Shown one piece after another: positions 44,933 to 58,094 of a stretch of DNA of 64,000 nt. Source of the DNA: Spirochaetia bacterium (lineage in GTDB: Bacteria; Spirochaetota; Spirochaetia; DSM-16054; Sediminispirochaetaceae). The stretch covers positions 34,365 through 98,364 of the forward strand of contig JAXHMY010000005.1 in assembly GCA_034520965.1 (NCBI GenBank), written 5' to 3'. The translations under genes and the position numbers were made by a program. The notes under the pieces are model-generated. The model worked only from the letters and a program-made list of their open reading frames with translations, did no database searches and had not been told where the DNA came from. The stretch's first letter is position 1. Each line of letters opens with the position of its first letter.

Positions 44933-46589
44933 ATGAAAAAAGAAGCGTAGCTTTTGTGGTTTTCACAGTAGCGCTTACTGCTCCGTGCAACCGTGCTGTT
45001 TGCAGGCGGACAGCAAGATGGGAGGGAACTGCAGTGCAGGAAAAACCGACCACTCTCACCATAGGTATGAACCAGGATGTTACCACCTGGAATCCATGGG
45101 CCCGCAATACCTACCAGAGCAACTCGATCCGACTTCACTTTTTTCGAAGGTCTAATCGAGATTGGCGCTGATCTTAGTTCACAACCCGCCTTGGCAACCG
45201 ACTGGGAAGCAAACGAAGATGGTACGGTATGGACTTTTCACCTCCGGGAGGGAGTAAAATTTCATAACGGCAACGATTTGACCGCCGACGATGTAATATT
45301 TTCCTTTGATGCTAATATAGAGACCGGCTTAGCCTGGGCGGATGCTATGGCAACCGTTGAAAGCTACCGAAAGGTTGACGACTATACCGTTGAAGTAACT
45401 TGTAACCAACCTGATGTTATTTTGCCGAAGACGATCAGAAATATCATAATAGTTGATAAGGAATCAAGTGAAGGCAAGGGTCTTGAACACCTGGAAACCA
45501 ATGTAAACGGTACCGGTAAGTACAAAATGGTTTCATATATAAAAGACGACCGCGTTGTTGGTGAAAGGAACGAGAACTACTGGGGAGAAAAGCCGGAGTT
45601 TGAGAAAGTAATATTTAAAACTATCACGAATGAAGGTACCCGTACCGCCAGTATTATTAACAATGAAATTGACTTCATGCCCTTTGTTGCGGTTCGCGAT
45701 GCGGAGATGTTAAAGAATCTTGGCGGAGTTAACATTGTTCAGGCCGAAGGAATTGAGCCGAGTATGTTTGCTATGGCCCAAGTAGAAGGCGACCCGAGCC
45801 CCGGTTCCGACTATCCGATGGTTTCTCCGGATGGTTCCAACCCGCTTAACAACCGGTGATGTTCGGGAGGCGATTGTTCGCGCTATCGATGCGGACGAGC
45901 TCTATCGATAAGGTGCTGGCCGGCTGACGGTTCGGTTTCCCCTACAATTATCCCGGAAGGGTTTAATGGTTATAACCCCAACATTCAGAAGTACGCCGAC
46001 GATCCCGCCAAGGCTGAAGATCTGCTGGACAAGGCCGGTTACCCGGTACAGGACTCCGGAAAGCTTGAGCGGATACCGGTTTGCAATTACCATTGATTGT
46101 CATGAGAAAACCACAAACGAAGTAATTGCAATTGCCAGTTACCTGAACAAGGTCGGCATTAAAGCTACTCCAAACCCAATGCCCAGTTCCGTGGTGTGGG
46201 GCTACGTGCGAATGTACGAGAAGTACGCCTCCGACTTTCCGCAATTCTCGACCTGGGGCGACGCAAGCGCCGAGAGTGCTATTGTAGCAAAAGACGTTAT
46301 CTACACTGCCTTTTTTGAGGAACGGAAACGTGACGGATGGGGCGGTGTTAACCGTGGTTTCTACAGCAATGAGAAGGTGGATGCGTTGATTGAAGAAGCC
46401 TTGGCGACCGTAGATTACGACTGAACGGGATGCTCTCATGCAGGAAGTATGGCAGATCGTTCATGATGAAGTCGGCGTGTTTAGTATCTATAAAGCGGAC
46501 AATGTGTACGCCGTAAGAGATGCGTTTGATTATAATCCGCGAGCAGACCAGTATATTATGGCTTGGGACCGGAAGCGCAGCAGAATAAA
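44933..46589 (+). pseudogene. family-5 (DppA/OppA-like) substrate-binding protein, frameshifted
   Basis: The ATG at 44933 is followed by a broken signal peptide. ORF 45077..45859 has ALATDWEANEDGTVWTFHLREGVKFHNGNDLTADDVIFSF. ORFs 45966..46424 and 46438..46701 carry the remainder. Confidence 0.7.
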
Positions 46590-46884
46590 GCTTAGAAGAA
46601 ATAGCATTTTTTACAAAGAGGCGGTCTGGAAACGACCGCCCCTTAACTTTATTATGTCTTCGACAACATCTAAAAGAAACTATGCGGAAGTATTTATGTA
46701 ATAGACAAAATAAAGTTAATTTATTAGTGAAAGGTATTGCGATATATCAGAACGCAAGATAAAGGGAATGTAGCGTGAAAGCTATTTTATCAGGAAATGA
46801 AGGCAGTTGCGAAGTTTAAGGACATTCCCTCTCGCTCTGCGGTCTTTTGCACCGGTATAGATAAAAGGGTAAGGAGCTTACTTT

Positions 46885-47937
46885 AAAACCACAAACTGCG
46901 ATTATGGTATACCGGATCTTTTCTCTCTAAAGTTAATGGGAAATTAGCTCATGGACTCATTCGCGGTACCGACAGATTTGAAATAACAGGGATAATCGAT
47001 GAAGAGCAAGCCGGTAAAGATGCTGGTGAGGTAATCGACGGTACTCATCGTGAAATCCCTGTTTTTGCCGATATAGATACGGCATTAAAGGCCCTGGAGG
47101 TTAAACCCGAGGTGTGCATTATTGCCGTTGCCACCCCCGGAGGACGCATTACCCCGGCCTTAACTGAGTTTGTGTACTCGGTTCTAAAAGTCAGGAATTT
47201 CAGTTATTAGTTGTTTGCATGAGTACATTGCGAATGACCCTAAAGCCGTGCGTTTAGCACACGAATACAAGGTTTATATACATGATGTGCGTAAACCGAA
47301 AGCCCTTGAAGATCTGCATTTTTTTACGGGAGACATACTACAAGTAAAGACTCCACGGATTGCTCTGATTGGGCACCGATTGCGCACTTGGAAAACGGAC
47401 AAGCGGATATATGCTGCGGAACGTACTGCGAGGGGCTGGTACAAGAGCTGAGCACTACTGATCTATACCGGTCAAACTGGATGGCTGCAAGGGATGGAGT
47501 ACGGTTTTATCCTGGATGCAACCCCGAATGATTTTGTCAGTGGTGAGCTTGAATATCAAGTACCATCCTGCGATCGAGAAAAGAGACCCGGAGGTCATAT
47601 TGATGGAAGGTCAGGGCTTCACTTCGAAACCGATTCCGGTCCCCTGCGGGTCCGAGTTGTTACTCTCGGCTCAAGCGGAGGGGTTATATCGCAGCATGAC
47701 CCAAAACGATCCTATTTCGAACCGGTAAAAAAGAAAAGTACTGGCCAATTCCCTCAAATTGAAAGTGAAATTGAGTTAATTCGAATGTACGGATCTGAGG
47801 TTCTCGCAATAACATTAAATGAGTCTCACTTTTCCAACCCCCATGAATGGCCTCAATGGAAACGTCACCTGCAAAAAGAGCTGGGGATACCGGCATCTTT
47901 GCTCTTTCTGAAGGAGTGGATGAGCTTGCTAAATTAG
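46885..47937 (+). pseudogene. DUF1611-family protein, frameshifted; start not identifiable
   Basis: GKLAHGLIRGTDRFEITGIID...; ISCLHEYIANDP...VRKP (ORF 47215..47451); TGQTGWLQGMEYGFILDATPNDFVSGELE (ORF 47494..47937); and EVILMEGQG in a further frame. Confidence 0.55.
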
Positions 47938-47961
47938 TCCTTAACTATATTCACGGAGTAA

Positions 47962-49031
47962 GTGAAAATGGTAATTAAATCTATTTCGGCATACAAGATA
48001 GATTCACCTCTATCTAAACCTTATGCAATTACTTATAAAACAATTGATGCTGTGGAAATCGTCATTTTCAAGGTAGTTACCAGTAACGGTTTTTGCGGTT
48101 TTGGAGCTGCCGCCCCTTTACTGGAGGTAACCGGGAAAAGCCTTCTGATAGTCTAAAAGTACTTGAATCGGATGCCCTGAACCAGTTGCTAATTGGTGAA
48201 GATATCTTTGATTTTAAATTGCGGATGGTTTGGACGAAGTCATGCGGCAAAGTCATTGCTCGCTAGAACAGCTATCCAAAGTGCCCTATTGGATGCCATT
48301 GGCAAGCTGTTGGACAAACCTGTCTACCGTTTGCTTGGCCAGAGAGTAAAGCCTCTGCCCACATCGGTTACAGTGGGTATTAAAGCGATTCCTGACACTT
48401 TAGAAGAAATTCAGGACTATATGCGGAATGGATTTAGGATCATTAAAGTAAAGATTGGAAAAACTGTGGAAGAAGATGTCGAGAGATTACATAAAATCTG
48501 TGAAGAGTATGGAAATAAGGTTCAGCTTAGGGTCGATATTAACCAGGGCTACTCTTTATCGGAATTCAGATGGTTTTTGAAGAAAACAAACGATATTTCC
48601 TTCGATGTCATTGAACAGCCGCTGCCCACATCTGAGTTTGAATATATGGAACTTCTCCATGATCGTACTATCGCCAATATTGCCGCAGATGAGAACCGGC
48701 ATAGTCCTGGCGGATGCGCTGAGGTTGGCAACTCCCAGAAAAAGATTTGGGATTTACAATATTAAAATGATGAAGTGCGGCAAGGCCGTCTAAAGCGCGG
48801 CGAATCTCGGATATTGCAGAGTTCTCGGGTGTAAGACTAATGCGGGGATCCAATGACGAGAGTGTTATCAGTATTACCGCTGCACTCCACTCTGCACTGG
48901 CCTCGAAATGTACAGCTTTCTCCGACCTTGACGGATACATGGACTTATCAATAGATCCAGCCACCGGTGGTTTTGCGTTAAAAGAGGGCGTTATGATCCC
49001 TCGAGAAGCCCGGTTATGGTTTAGAAGTTGA
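47962..49031 (+). pseudogene. dipeptide (L-Ala-D/L-Glu-type) epimerase, enolase superfamily, frameshifted
   Basis: The capping domain is ORF 47962..48156. The barrel is ORF 48193..48765 (IKVKIGK...LRVDINQGYS...VIEQPLP...IAADE). The tail is ORF 48840..49031. Confidence 0.65.
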
Positions 49032-49080
49032 GCTCAGCGAGCTTAGAATACAAAGCAACACCACCGCTTAACCGAAGACT

Positions 49081-50519
49081 TTAAAGCTTAAAAAAACCGA
49101 GGTCGTCGAAATGCTCTTGGGTAAGAGCAGACGAGCTGTGGGCCACCCAAAAACGGCGCGGCTGATACAGAAACACCCAGGGAGCCTCTTGATGCAGTAT
49201 ACGGTACGCTCGGCGATAGAGTTTTTGCCGATCATCAGCATTGCAGGTAGCAGTTGCAGATGAAATGAGCTCATTTACTTCAGTATTATGATACCCTTGC
49301 CACCAGGTGCCGGCGAAGCGTGAGTCGAGTTTTTCATGCAGCACTTTATATGAACTAAGTGGGCTTGAATCAAAACAGAACAACCCGTGAAGCTCCTTTT
49401 GGGAAATCTGCCGAGCGTATTCGCTTCGATCTTCATGCAGCCGGAGAGGTGAGCCTGCATACCGATGTTCCCGAAAACGGCCTCCGTGAGTGCTCCGAGC
49501 TAATGCGCGGGCCTTCGTCAGGAATGCTGTCGCCGGCGATGCACCCTTGAAGCTCAAAGCCATCAGCTACTCCCGCCTGTTTCAAGAGTTCTTGCGCAGT
49601 ATCGGTTCTCGTAAGGATACGGCTGCAGGTCAGGATCGAAGGCAAAGTGGCGATCGGAGAAGGGGCCGTTAAGCGGCTTCGCGTGGCCGTGAACAATTTC
49701 TTTAATTATACGACTCTTTATCTATCGCCAGGTTCAAAGCCTGTCGGACTCGTGCATCATTCAGGGGCGGCGCGTTGCAGTCAATAAAAAATATCACACT
49801 CAGGCTGGAATCGCCATCCGATTATTTCGGTGTCGGAAGATTTCTGCAAGCTCATTGATTCGGTTTCATTGGCGGATCGAGGGCTAAATCTGCCTCACCC
49901 GGAGCGGACTGCAGAGGTCCTTGCCTCGGGCTCCTCCTCGGCTCGGAAAAGCAAAGTATGGGGTAAGTGCGCCGTTGAAGCTATGTGTGTTTTTAATTCC
50001 AAACGAGCTGAATGCATATCATATTCGGTAAGCCTATATGGCCCAAGTCCGGTGCCGTCTTGCGTAGCTATTCCACCCTGCAGGTAGAATAGCTAAATCC
50101 TGACAGCAGAGCTTCAAGGTCTGCAATCGGCTCGGGGTCTTTTTTAACACGAGGGTATAACGGTCCTCACGATATATCTCAGCTTCACCAAAGTACTCAT
50201 TGTAAGTTACGGTAAACAGCTGCCCGGCTATATTAGGTGCGGGAGCTCGCTTCAAACTGTATACTACATCTTCGGGAGGTCAGTTTCATGTCCGTCTTCA
50301 AAATAGTGGTTTCGTTTTAAATGAAACCGCCAGGTTCGGCCGTTCTCAGTTCGCTCCCAGCCCTCCGCAAGAATACCCTGAGCAGTTTTTCCGTCATGCC
50401 GCAGGAGTCCGGGAAACAACAGTTGTCGGATAGCTAACAGGGCATGTGCACCGGTACAAAGATGGGGGGTCTTCAATTTTTACATACGGGAGAAGCACAG
50501 TATAGGTATCGACAGGCAT
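49081..50519 (-). pseudogene. second family-5 solute-binding-protein homologue, no signal peptide visible, frameshifted
   Basis: The ATG at 50519 is preceded by AAGGAG. Fragments include GLLRHDGKTAQGILAEGWERTENGRTWRFHLKRNHYFEDGHE (ORF 50264..50476) and the C-terminal ORF 49081..49563. Confidence 0.6.
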
Positions 50520-50649
50520 GAGAAGCTCCTTGTTTCGTGTCGCTGCGGCGCGGATATTAACGGGATACACGCACAAGTGTAAACATAAAAGAGATGTAAA
50601 GATGGAGCATCAAATCGTAATGCGAAACAATAGTTTAGGTGAAATGGGA

Positions 50650-50730
50650 TGGGCGATACTGTCATGTTGTGTTCGTTGAGGTTCCCCCACGTTCCCAGAA
50701 AGGTACATAAAGGGTACACATGCAGGGAAC
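50650..50730. repeat. motif block shared with 62301-62366 (ACTGTCA, GTTCGTT, GTTCCC x2, AGGTACA/AGGGTACA)
   Basis: Read directly. TGGGCGAT (50650-50657), ACTGTCA (50658-64), GTTCGTT (50671-77), GTTCCC (50681-86 and 50691-96), AGGTACA (50701-07), AGGGTACA (50711-18). The same words occur in the same order at 62301-62365. Confidence 0.6.
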
Positions 50731-50822
50731 GGTGAGCATCAAAAACACCAGCTTTCGATTTGCACTGCAACTATATTATCCTTACAATTATAAAAAAAAA
50801 GAAGCTTGCCAAGGTGGCCACA

Positions 50823-53007
50823 ATGTCAAAAAAGATTCTTCTTGTAGAAGATGAAGCCCTCATTGCCATGAATGAAGCACAGATGCTCAAAAACCTGGGC
50901 TATGAGGTAGTTATCGCCTACAGCGGTGAAAAATCTGTTGAAATGATAGAGGATGACCCGGAAATCTCTCTCATATTAATGGATATCGACCTTGGAAAAG
51001 GGATAGACGGGACAGAGGCAGCTGAACAAACACTTAACAAGAAGGATATACCGGCTGTCTTTTTATCCTCTCACACAGAACCCGAGGTTGTTGAAAAAAC
51101 CGAAAAAATAACTTCTTATGGTTATGTGGTAAAAAATTCATCCATTACCGTGCTGGATGCTTCTATCAAAATGGCATTTAAGCTTTTTGATGCGTCCATT
51201 AAAGAGAAAGAAAAAGAATCAGCGCTACGAGAGCGCGAAGAGATGATGCGCAATTCGGAATCATTAGCGCATATCTGTTCTTATTCAACAAATTTGAATG
51301 TAAATGAATTAGACGAGAGCGCATGGGTATGCTCGCCTGAATTTTATAAAATATTTGGAATAGACGAAACATATCCTCATACAATAGCAGGTTGGGCTGG
51401 ATTTATTCATCCGGACCATCGCAAAGAAATCGTTGCTTACCATGAGCATGTTGTAAAGGAAAGAACTTTTTTCGATCATGAATATAAAATTGTCCGCATT
51501 AACGATGGAGCAGAACGCTGGGTTCAAGGTACAGGAAAATTGGAGTTCGATGAAAAGGGAACCCCCGTCAGAATGCATGGGGCTATACAGGATATCACCG
51601 ACCGCAAGCATACCGAAGAAGCCTTAAAAGCCAAGAATAATCTTTTAGAGAGAGTTTTCGATAACAACATCGACCTTATTGCCCTCACCGATCTTGAAGG
51701 CAATTACGAAATGGTCGGCAAAGCTCACAAAATACTGGGATATGAGATTGAGGATCTGATCGGCAAAAACGTTATGGACTTTGTCCATCCGGAGGATGTC
51801 TCTTATGTGAGCCGGAGAGTTCAGCGAGTTCGTACAATCCCGGATCAACGGCGCACGGTCGAATACCGGTACAGACGAACTTGACGGGGAATACCTGTGG
51901 TTTGAAACCACTGGAACAATATTGAAAGATAAAAACGGCAGCCCGGAGCAAATCTTATTCAGCACCCGGGACATCACCAAGCGTAAACAGGCGGAGGAAG
52001 CACTAAAGAATAGCCGTAATCTATTAGATGCCACCCAGAGGATTGCCCAAGTAGGTGGGTGGGAATGGGATGTGGAGCGGCAGACAATGACATGGGCCGA
52101 CCAGACTTATCTTATTCACGGGTTCGAGCCGGGCGAGTTCGCGGCGGGTTCACCCGAGCATATCCAGCGCAGCCTCGCGTGCTACGATCCGGATGACCGA
52201 CCAAAGATCGATGAGGCTTTTCGGAAATGTGTGGAAGAAGGCGAGGCCTATACTCTCGAGCTACCTCTTACCACATCTCAGGGACGTCGGATTTGGGTTC
52301 AGACCTCGGCGCAAGCTGTTTTAGATAAGGGGCGCGTTGTCAAGGTACAAGGTCACATCATGGATATCACCGAGCGCAGGAGAGCTGAAGAAAAACTGCG
52401 GGAAGCACTTAAAGAAAAAGACTTCCTCATGAAAGAACTCAACCACCGGGTGAAAAACAATCTTTTTATGGTCTCTTCCCTTATTAGCTTAAAGAACTCG
52501 GAAACAGAGATAGATCTCTCCGACATACAGCACCAGATTGAGGCTATAGGACTTATCCATGAGAAACTCTACCAAACCGAGAACGTAACAGAGATATGTT
52601 GCCGCGATTACTTCGATGACTTGCTCAATTCCATCTTCTCCACCTTTACAACCCAGCAGGTGAGAACTGTAGAAAATGTGGAAGATCTGTGTGTTTCCAC
52701 AAAAACCGCTATGACCCTCGGGCTCATTATTAACGAGATTGCCACAAATGCAATAAAACACGGGTTTACAGACAAAGAAGAGGCGGTCTTCTCAGTCAAA
52801 ATGAAAGAAGATACAGAGAACCACCGGTATGAACTGACCCTCTCGAATACCGGCAACCCTTTCCCGGAAGATATAGATATTGAAAGCACCGACACCCTTG
52901 GATTACGGTTGATAAATGCTTTAGTTGCACAAATAGAAGGTACTATAAAACTGCAGAAAAAGCCTAATCCGTTCTTTACTATAAGGTTTCCGATAGGAGA
53001 GGAATGA
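50823..53007 (+). pseudogene. hybrid receiver / 3xPAS / HisKA_2-HATPase sensor kinase with a single +1 frameshift at about 51881
   Basis: It starts MSKKILLVEDEALIAMNEAQML. ORF 50760..51884 ends ...VEYRYRRT-TGA, and ORF 51922..53007 is open from DGEYLWFETTGTILKDKNGSPEQ. Deleting one T of ACTTGAC restores RRTDGEYLW. It also has HRVKNNLFMVSSLI and an HATPase domain. Confidence 0.8.
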
Positions 53008-53333
53008 TTAATCTCAATAACATTAGATAAGCTTACAAAGGAATCAACAAAGAGACAGTTAAACGAGTTTTGCGAGAAAAGGATTCCGCCCCACGCACGG
53101 GAGAAAGTTAATCTTACCTACTCTTTCTGGAGAGACTCGATTATACTCTACGAAGTGCGGAAAGTTCCATTTTCATCATATGAAAATTTCTTTACAGTTG
53201 AGTATAAAATTGTTCGAATGAACTTTTAATGAGGAGCCAATAAAAGAGATGGATGGAGACTCTACAGGAATATTTTGGGGGTAAAAAAGTTTACTATGAA
53301 ACTCAAATAAAAATTATATTTAATGTTATATAA
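53004..53333 (+). pseudogene. DUF3024-like protein, frameshifted
   Basis: The ATG overlaps the kinase stop (ATGA). It reads LNEFCEKRIPPHAREKVNLTYSFWRDSIILYEVR...KIVRMNF, then W.LY-type tail pieces in other frames. Confidence 0.4.
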
Positions 53334-53356
53334 AACCATACTAAGAGGAGTTAAGT

Positions 53357-53539
53357 ATGTCAGATTTAAAGATTCTACTGAACGTTTAGGACAGTCAACT
53401 TGTAAGGATGGGACTTTTGAAAAATGAGAATGTTGCAGAGATATTAGACTACCAAAAACAGCATCCAGATATTCTCTTTGGCCAAATTGCAGTGAAACTT
53501 GGTTATATCAGTAGCGATAAACTTAACAAATACTTGTAA
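53357..53539 (+). pseudogene. small MshEN/T2SSE_N-like repeat protein with internal disruption
   Basis: MSDLK...; ERLGQ in one frame; LVRMGLLKNENVAEILDYQKQHPDILFGQIAVKLGYISSDKLNKYL* in another. There is an in-frame TAG after codon 10. Confidence 0.35.
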
Positions 53540-53902
53540 ACATACGTTTATATTAAGGTTGATGGGGGTGAATGTAAACCTTAAAGTAGTTTGATAAACC
53601 GATTCTACAGCTCCTTCTGCAACTGTGATCCAGTAGTTTCTCTTTTGGAAACTTCTCTTGGTGGGGCAGTGCCGTACGAGTTTTTAAGAAAACCATATAA
53701 TCGATGAAAAAACGGTCATAACTGAAAAAAAAGTTGATAAACATACAGTTTGGGTATACTAATACGTAAGTTGCTACCGGGTATTTTCATCCCTGGTCTT
53801 TGCAATTGATTCATCCAAGTCTTTCTTCCCTCTTTACACCGGCTTCGAACCTGCACCGAGGTAAAGACCATACCGTTCTATTCTTGCATTAAAGGAATGA
53901 CG

Positions 53903-55991
53903 TATGGGTCGAACGTGGTTTCGGAGCCTCTACATTATTGTCGGTGTACTGTCTGCCGCCGACGGCTTTTGCACAAACACCTGAATACTCTCCCTTAAAG
54001 TCTCGACTTCCATGCCGGCTATGAGATGCCTATAGGAGAGACGTCGGAGGTGTTCACCTATGGAGGAACGAGCAAGCTCGCCGGCCTCTATGGGGTGAAG
54101 GACATCCAGTGGCTTTCGGTGGCTGGAGCAGTCGACTACACGATGACACAGATGCAGAACAACAAGTTCCTTTCACGGGTCGGTCTATCGGGCGTTGCAC
54201 AGGCCGGCAGCTCCGCCGCACGCGTGATTTTTCGGGCTTGGTCAGGGAGGATTCACTGAGCTTCATCGATATCGACGGAGAGTATGCCATGGGTGGCAAC
54301 CCTTTTCTTTCTGTCGGAGCCGGAGCCTCTTGATAGCGACACGTTTTCATTGAGCATTCGCGGTGTGTATCAGAATTACCCTGGGTTTTATGACAGTCTT
54401 TCTCTCGAAATTGGTTCGGCATTTTGTTTTAGCAAACGGTCCCGGCCACGTGTTGAGGGAAACTTTCAAATAACTGAGATGGAACGCAGGGGAAAGGAAG
54501 TGATTTTTATAGAGTCGATTTCCTTCGACAGGGTTTTTCTGTTTTCTACAAGATGATGACGAAATACTCGTGGGCACGGTAACACTGTCCAACATAAGTG
54601 ACCAAACAATATCGGAAATAGAGCTCATGATCAACATAAAGGTCTACATGGACACTCCCAAGGTAAATGCCGAGAGCGTCAGCCTGGAGCCCGGTGAAAC
54701 GAAGAAGATCAGCATCTACGCCCTGTTCAACAGCAGTGTGCTTGAAATAACCGAGGCAACGAAGTTGCAGCGGAAATAGCGGTGGAGTTTCCCTTCGAAG
54801 ACAGAGAGGCCCGCGTCTCGAAGGTGAGACGCTCGACATCTATGACAGAAATGCGATTACCTGGACGACGATCGAAAAGCTGCAGCTTTTATCTCTGCGA
54901 AAGATCCCTCCGTACTGTCTATTGCAAGAATATTGAGGTATCGTCTCTCGCCGCGGGTCCAAAGCGATAAACAGCAATTTACTTATGGGCATGGGCATCA
55001 TTAGCGCTCAACTGGGAATCTCGGCCCAATGATGTAATCGACCCGCAAACGCCGTATATAGAGTTTTCGAAGTAGCTATGCGATAGATTATCTTCAATTT
55101 CCTCGTTGAACCATTCAGTATCAGGCCGGGACTGCGACGACCTTTCGATCCTCTATTGCTCCTGCTGGAAGCGGTTGGAATTTAGACTGCCTTCATTACG
55201 GTTCCGGGTCACATATATGTGGCATTTTCCACCGGCCTGGACAAGCAGGAGGCGGCCTGCCGTTTCCTAAGACCGATGAGCTGATTTTTCATGAAGATTT
55301 TGCCTGGGTTCCTGGGTTACGATGATACACGACGGTTTTCTCGCAGCCTGGGCCAAAGGAGCGAAGCAGTGGCGAGAAAACAAGCCGAAAGGGCAGGCGA
55401 CAATGTATCCTATTCACGAAGCGTGGAAGGTGTACACCCAATCTGGAGATTCTTTTCCGGTGGAGTCGAGGGGATGCAGCTTGAGAACATTCCGGAGGTA
55501 ACCGAGAAGTTTTATGCCGAAATGATCAAGTTCATAGATCGGGAGATATTCCCGAAGATTGCACGTTTGGAAATAATGGAAAAAGAGGGGGAGACAACAT
55601 AAACTGCTCAACCACATAGTGGTATACGCACGCTACGGCCGCCAAAAACTCTCCAAAGAAATATTCCACCAAGGCCCTTTCCAAAGAGCCCTACGTACCG
55701 TCATTCATAAATTCCGCACTGTATTTTATGGAAAAGGATGACTATACTGCACTCGAAAGAATTACCGAATATATGAATATACAGCCTCAGAGCACGACGG
55801 TGATGCCGGGTATAGCACGGACTAATCACGAATTGGAGAACTACGGAACGGTGCGGCGCCACTACCAGAGACTACAGGAACTCGAGCCGAAACTCGCTGA
55901 GACTTATCGCTATCTTGATTTGAGGGGTGAAGAAGCCGGAAGGGTGCTCAGCGCTGAAGGCGTTGGAGGAAGTGTAATATGGGCGGAGTGA
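53903..55991 (+). pseudogene. secreted transglutaminase-like protein, many frameshifts and an in-frame TAG
   Basis: Signal-like start MGRTWFRSLYIIVGVLSAA. The Cys-protease-fold core GDCDDLSILY...LLEAVGI-TAG(55183-55185)-TAFITVPGHIYVAF is split over frames. The C-terminal ORF is 55728..55991. Confidence 0.6.
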
Positions 55992-58088
55992 AAGTTACGC
56001 ACGGCAAGTGGTGCTTGTACTCGCATCAACCGCGTTCTTGTGGAGCTGCAGCAATCCGCTGGGGAGTACATCTACTCAGCGAACATCTACATTGCCGTGA
56101 ATTCCCAGCGTGTGCAGTTAGACGATACCTACAATCTTGGCACAGAAGAGGTTGGTGATACCACGGAGATTGAGCTGAGGATTGAGAACCAGGGCAAACA
56201 AGGATCTCGAACTCACAAAGCTCGGAAGGCGTGCAGTTTTCAGGCGATCATGCCGGTTTTTTCTCCCTGCAGAATACGCCTTCGAAGAAGATTGGCCCGG
56301 GAGATTCGATTACCGTCACTCTGCTCTGTACGCCGAGTTTCGAGGTGAATCCATTTTCGGCCCTGGTAACCATAGAGAAAACAATCACCAAGGTAGAATC
56401 CTATGAGATCGAACTCACCGGTTTTGCAGCCTACCCCGAGGGCTACTTGCTGCGGCCCCGGTTGTTGAAGGAAACAGTTCGACGCAAGACAACACGCCTA
56501 CGTGGAGCTGGACCAGCGGCGGAGATACGGGGACAGGAACATACCGATATAAACTGGACGACTCCGACCTGGAGACGGGTGCGACGCAGACATCCAACAC
56601 CTCCTTTATCCCCCAGATGGCTCTCCGATGGTGACCACACTCTACGTGCAGGAAAAGGACGACAAGGGTGATTGGTCCGATACGGGACTGAAAACAATAA
56701 GCGTAGACACACAGCTTCCCGGTGTAAATCCTCCGCCCCACAGCTCAACTCGAACGATGACACAGGGAGATCGGATAGCGACGGCATTACCAGTGTTTCT
56801 GAATACTTGACCTTCTCCGGCAGTGCAGAAGAAAGTTCAAAAGTAGAGCTCACGAGCAGTGCCGATGGGCTTATCGGTCAAGGGAGTGCAGACGGGAACG
56901 GAGACTGGACGATCGATGTGGACTTATCGGAGGCACACACCTCATTCGCGCCGCCGCCTCGGATGCGGCAGGCAACGTGTCGCCTGACTGGGCAGATACA
57001 ACAATTACAATAGACACGATCAATCCGGGCACGGTGACGGATCTCAGCTCCCCCGCTAAAGACATCAGAGAGGTCGAGCTAAACTGGACGGATCCGATCG
57101 ATTCAGATTTCGTGGACGTAACCTGGACGCCTGTCTGACGAAACCGGCGCTGAAACAGTCGCTGCAGGAACCGGAAGCTATACCGCCACGGAACTGGCCA
57201 ATGGGAATATCTACGAGTTTATACTTGTTGCTAAGGACACGGCGGGTAACACAGGAGGCGCTGCCTTGATTGAGGTAATTCTGCCCGCGGCTCGAACTCT
57301 TACTCTCGAAGTAGTGAAACCGGAGGATCGGTCATCGTTTCCTGCGGAATCCAGTAGTTTAAGTTCCAGGGAACGGAGGTTCCTGTTGAGGCTTACGTGA
57401 ACCAGGGATATGACTTCTCAGGGTGGCAGGTTATCGCAGGCGAGGCGGTCGTTACTGACAGTGGGGAAACTGCTACAACGATCACTTTAGGATCCAGCGA
57501 TGTCACTTGCAGGCCTGTTTCGATATCAAGGAATTTCAGCTTACCGTTCAATCCAATCCCGGGATCAATCGATGAACCGGTGATCTCTATCCTTACTGTG
57601 GAGTATGATGCGATTACCACGATTTCTGCAGTTGCTGACTCCGGTTATGTCTTCGATACCTGGGAGGTAAATTCCGGAACAGCTGTCATTGCAGAACCCG
57701 AAAGTTCTCGATAAACGACCGCAATTTTGCGGAATGGTGATGCGACCCTAACGGCTACCTGGATACCCGCCGGGGGCTGGACCACGCGCTCATTAGCAAC
57801 TCCACTTGTCCGACATCGATGACGCCCAGTTCTTTCACTATAGAAGAGGGTGGAGGAAATACCGAGGAGACCGTTACCGTTACCCCGGGCAGCGGAGTGA
57901 CGATCACGAGTTATGAACTGGTTCATTTACGGTACTTCGAGAGGAACCAGCTCAACGATCAGCCTCGATTCCAGCCTGCATCCTGAATGGTTCCAGTACG
58001 GGGAAAAAATTCTACCTGGTGGTTGTCATTGATGGACTTCCCCTATTCTGATCAGTTCCTGTTCAGTTATGTCCACTTTGAGGAGTAA
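55979..58088 (+). pseudogene. lipoprotein adhesin-like protein (Ig-like repeats and InlB-B-type repeats), heavily frameshifted
   Basis: The lipobox context VVLVLASTAFLWSCSNPL is one frame off from ATG 55979. Fragments include VGDTTEIELRIENQGKQ, DDTGRSDSDGITS..TFSGSAEESSKVEL, GYDFSGWQV and GYVFDTWEV. Confidence 0.5.
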
Positions 58089-58094
58089 GATGTC

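Noticed and set aside
53831-53867. A tRNA-like minihelix: TCTTTAC ... GTAAAGA flanking a GGTTCGAAG-like loop on the minus strand.
   Set aside because: The would-be T-stem has a mismatch and a wobble pair, there is no anticodon arm, and a 7-bp inverted repeat of this kind is plausible by chance. At most it is a small hairpin upstream of the transglutaminase-like gene.
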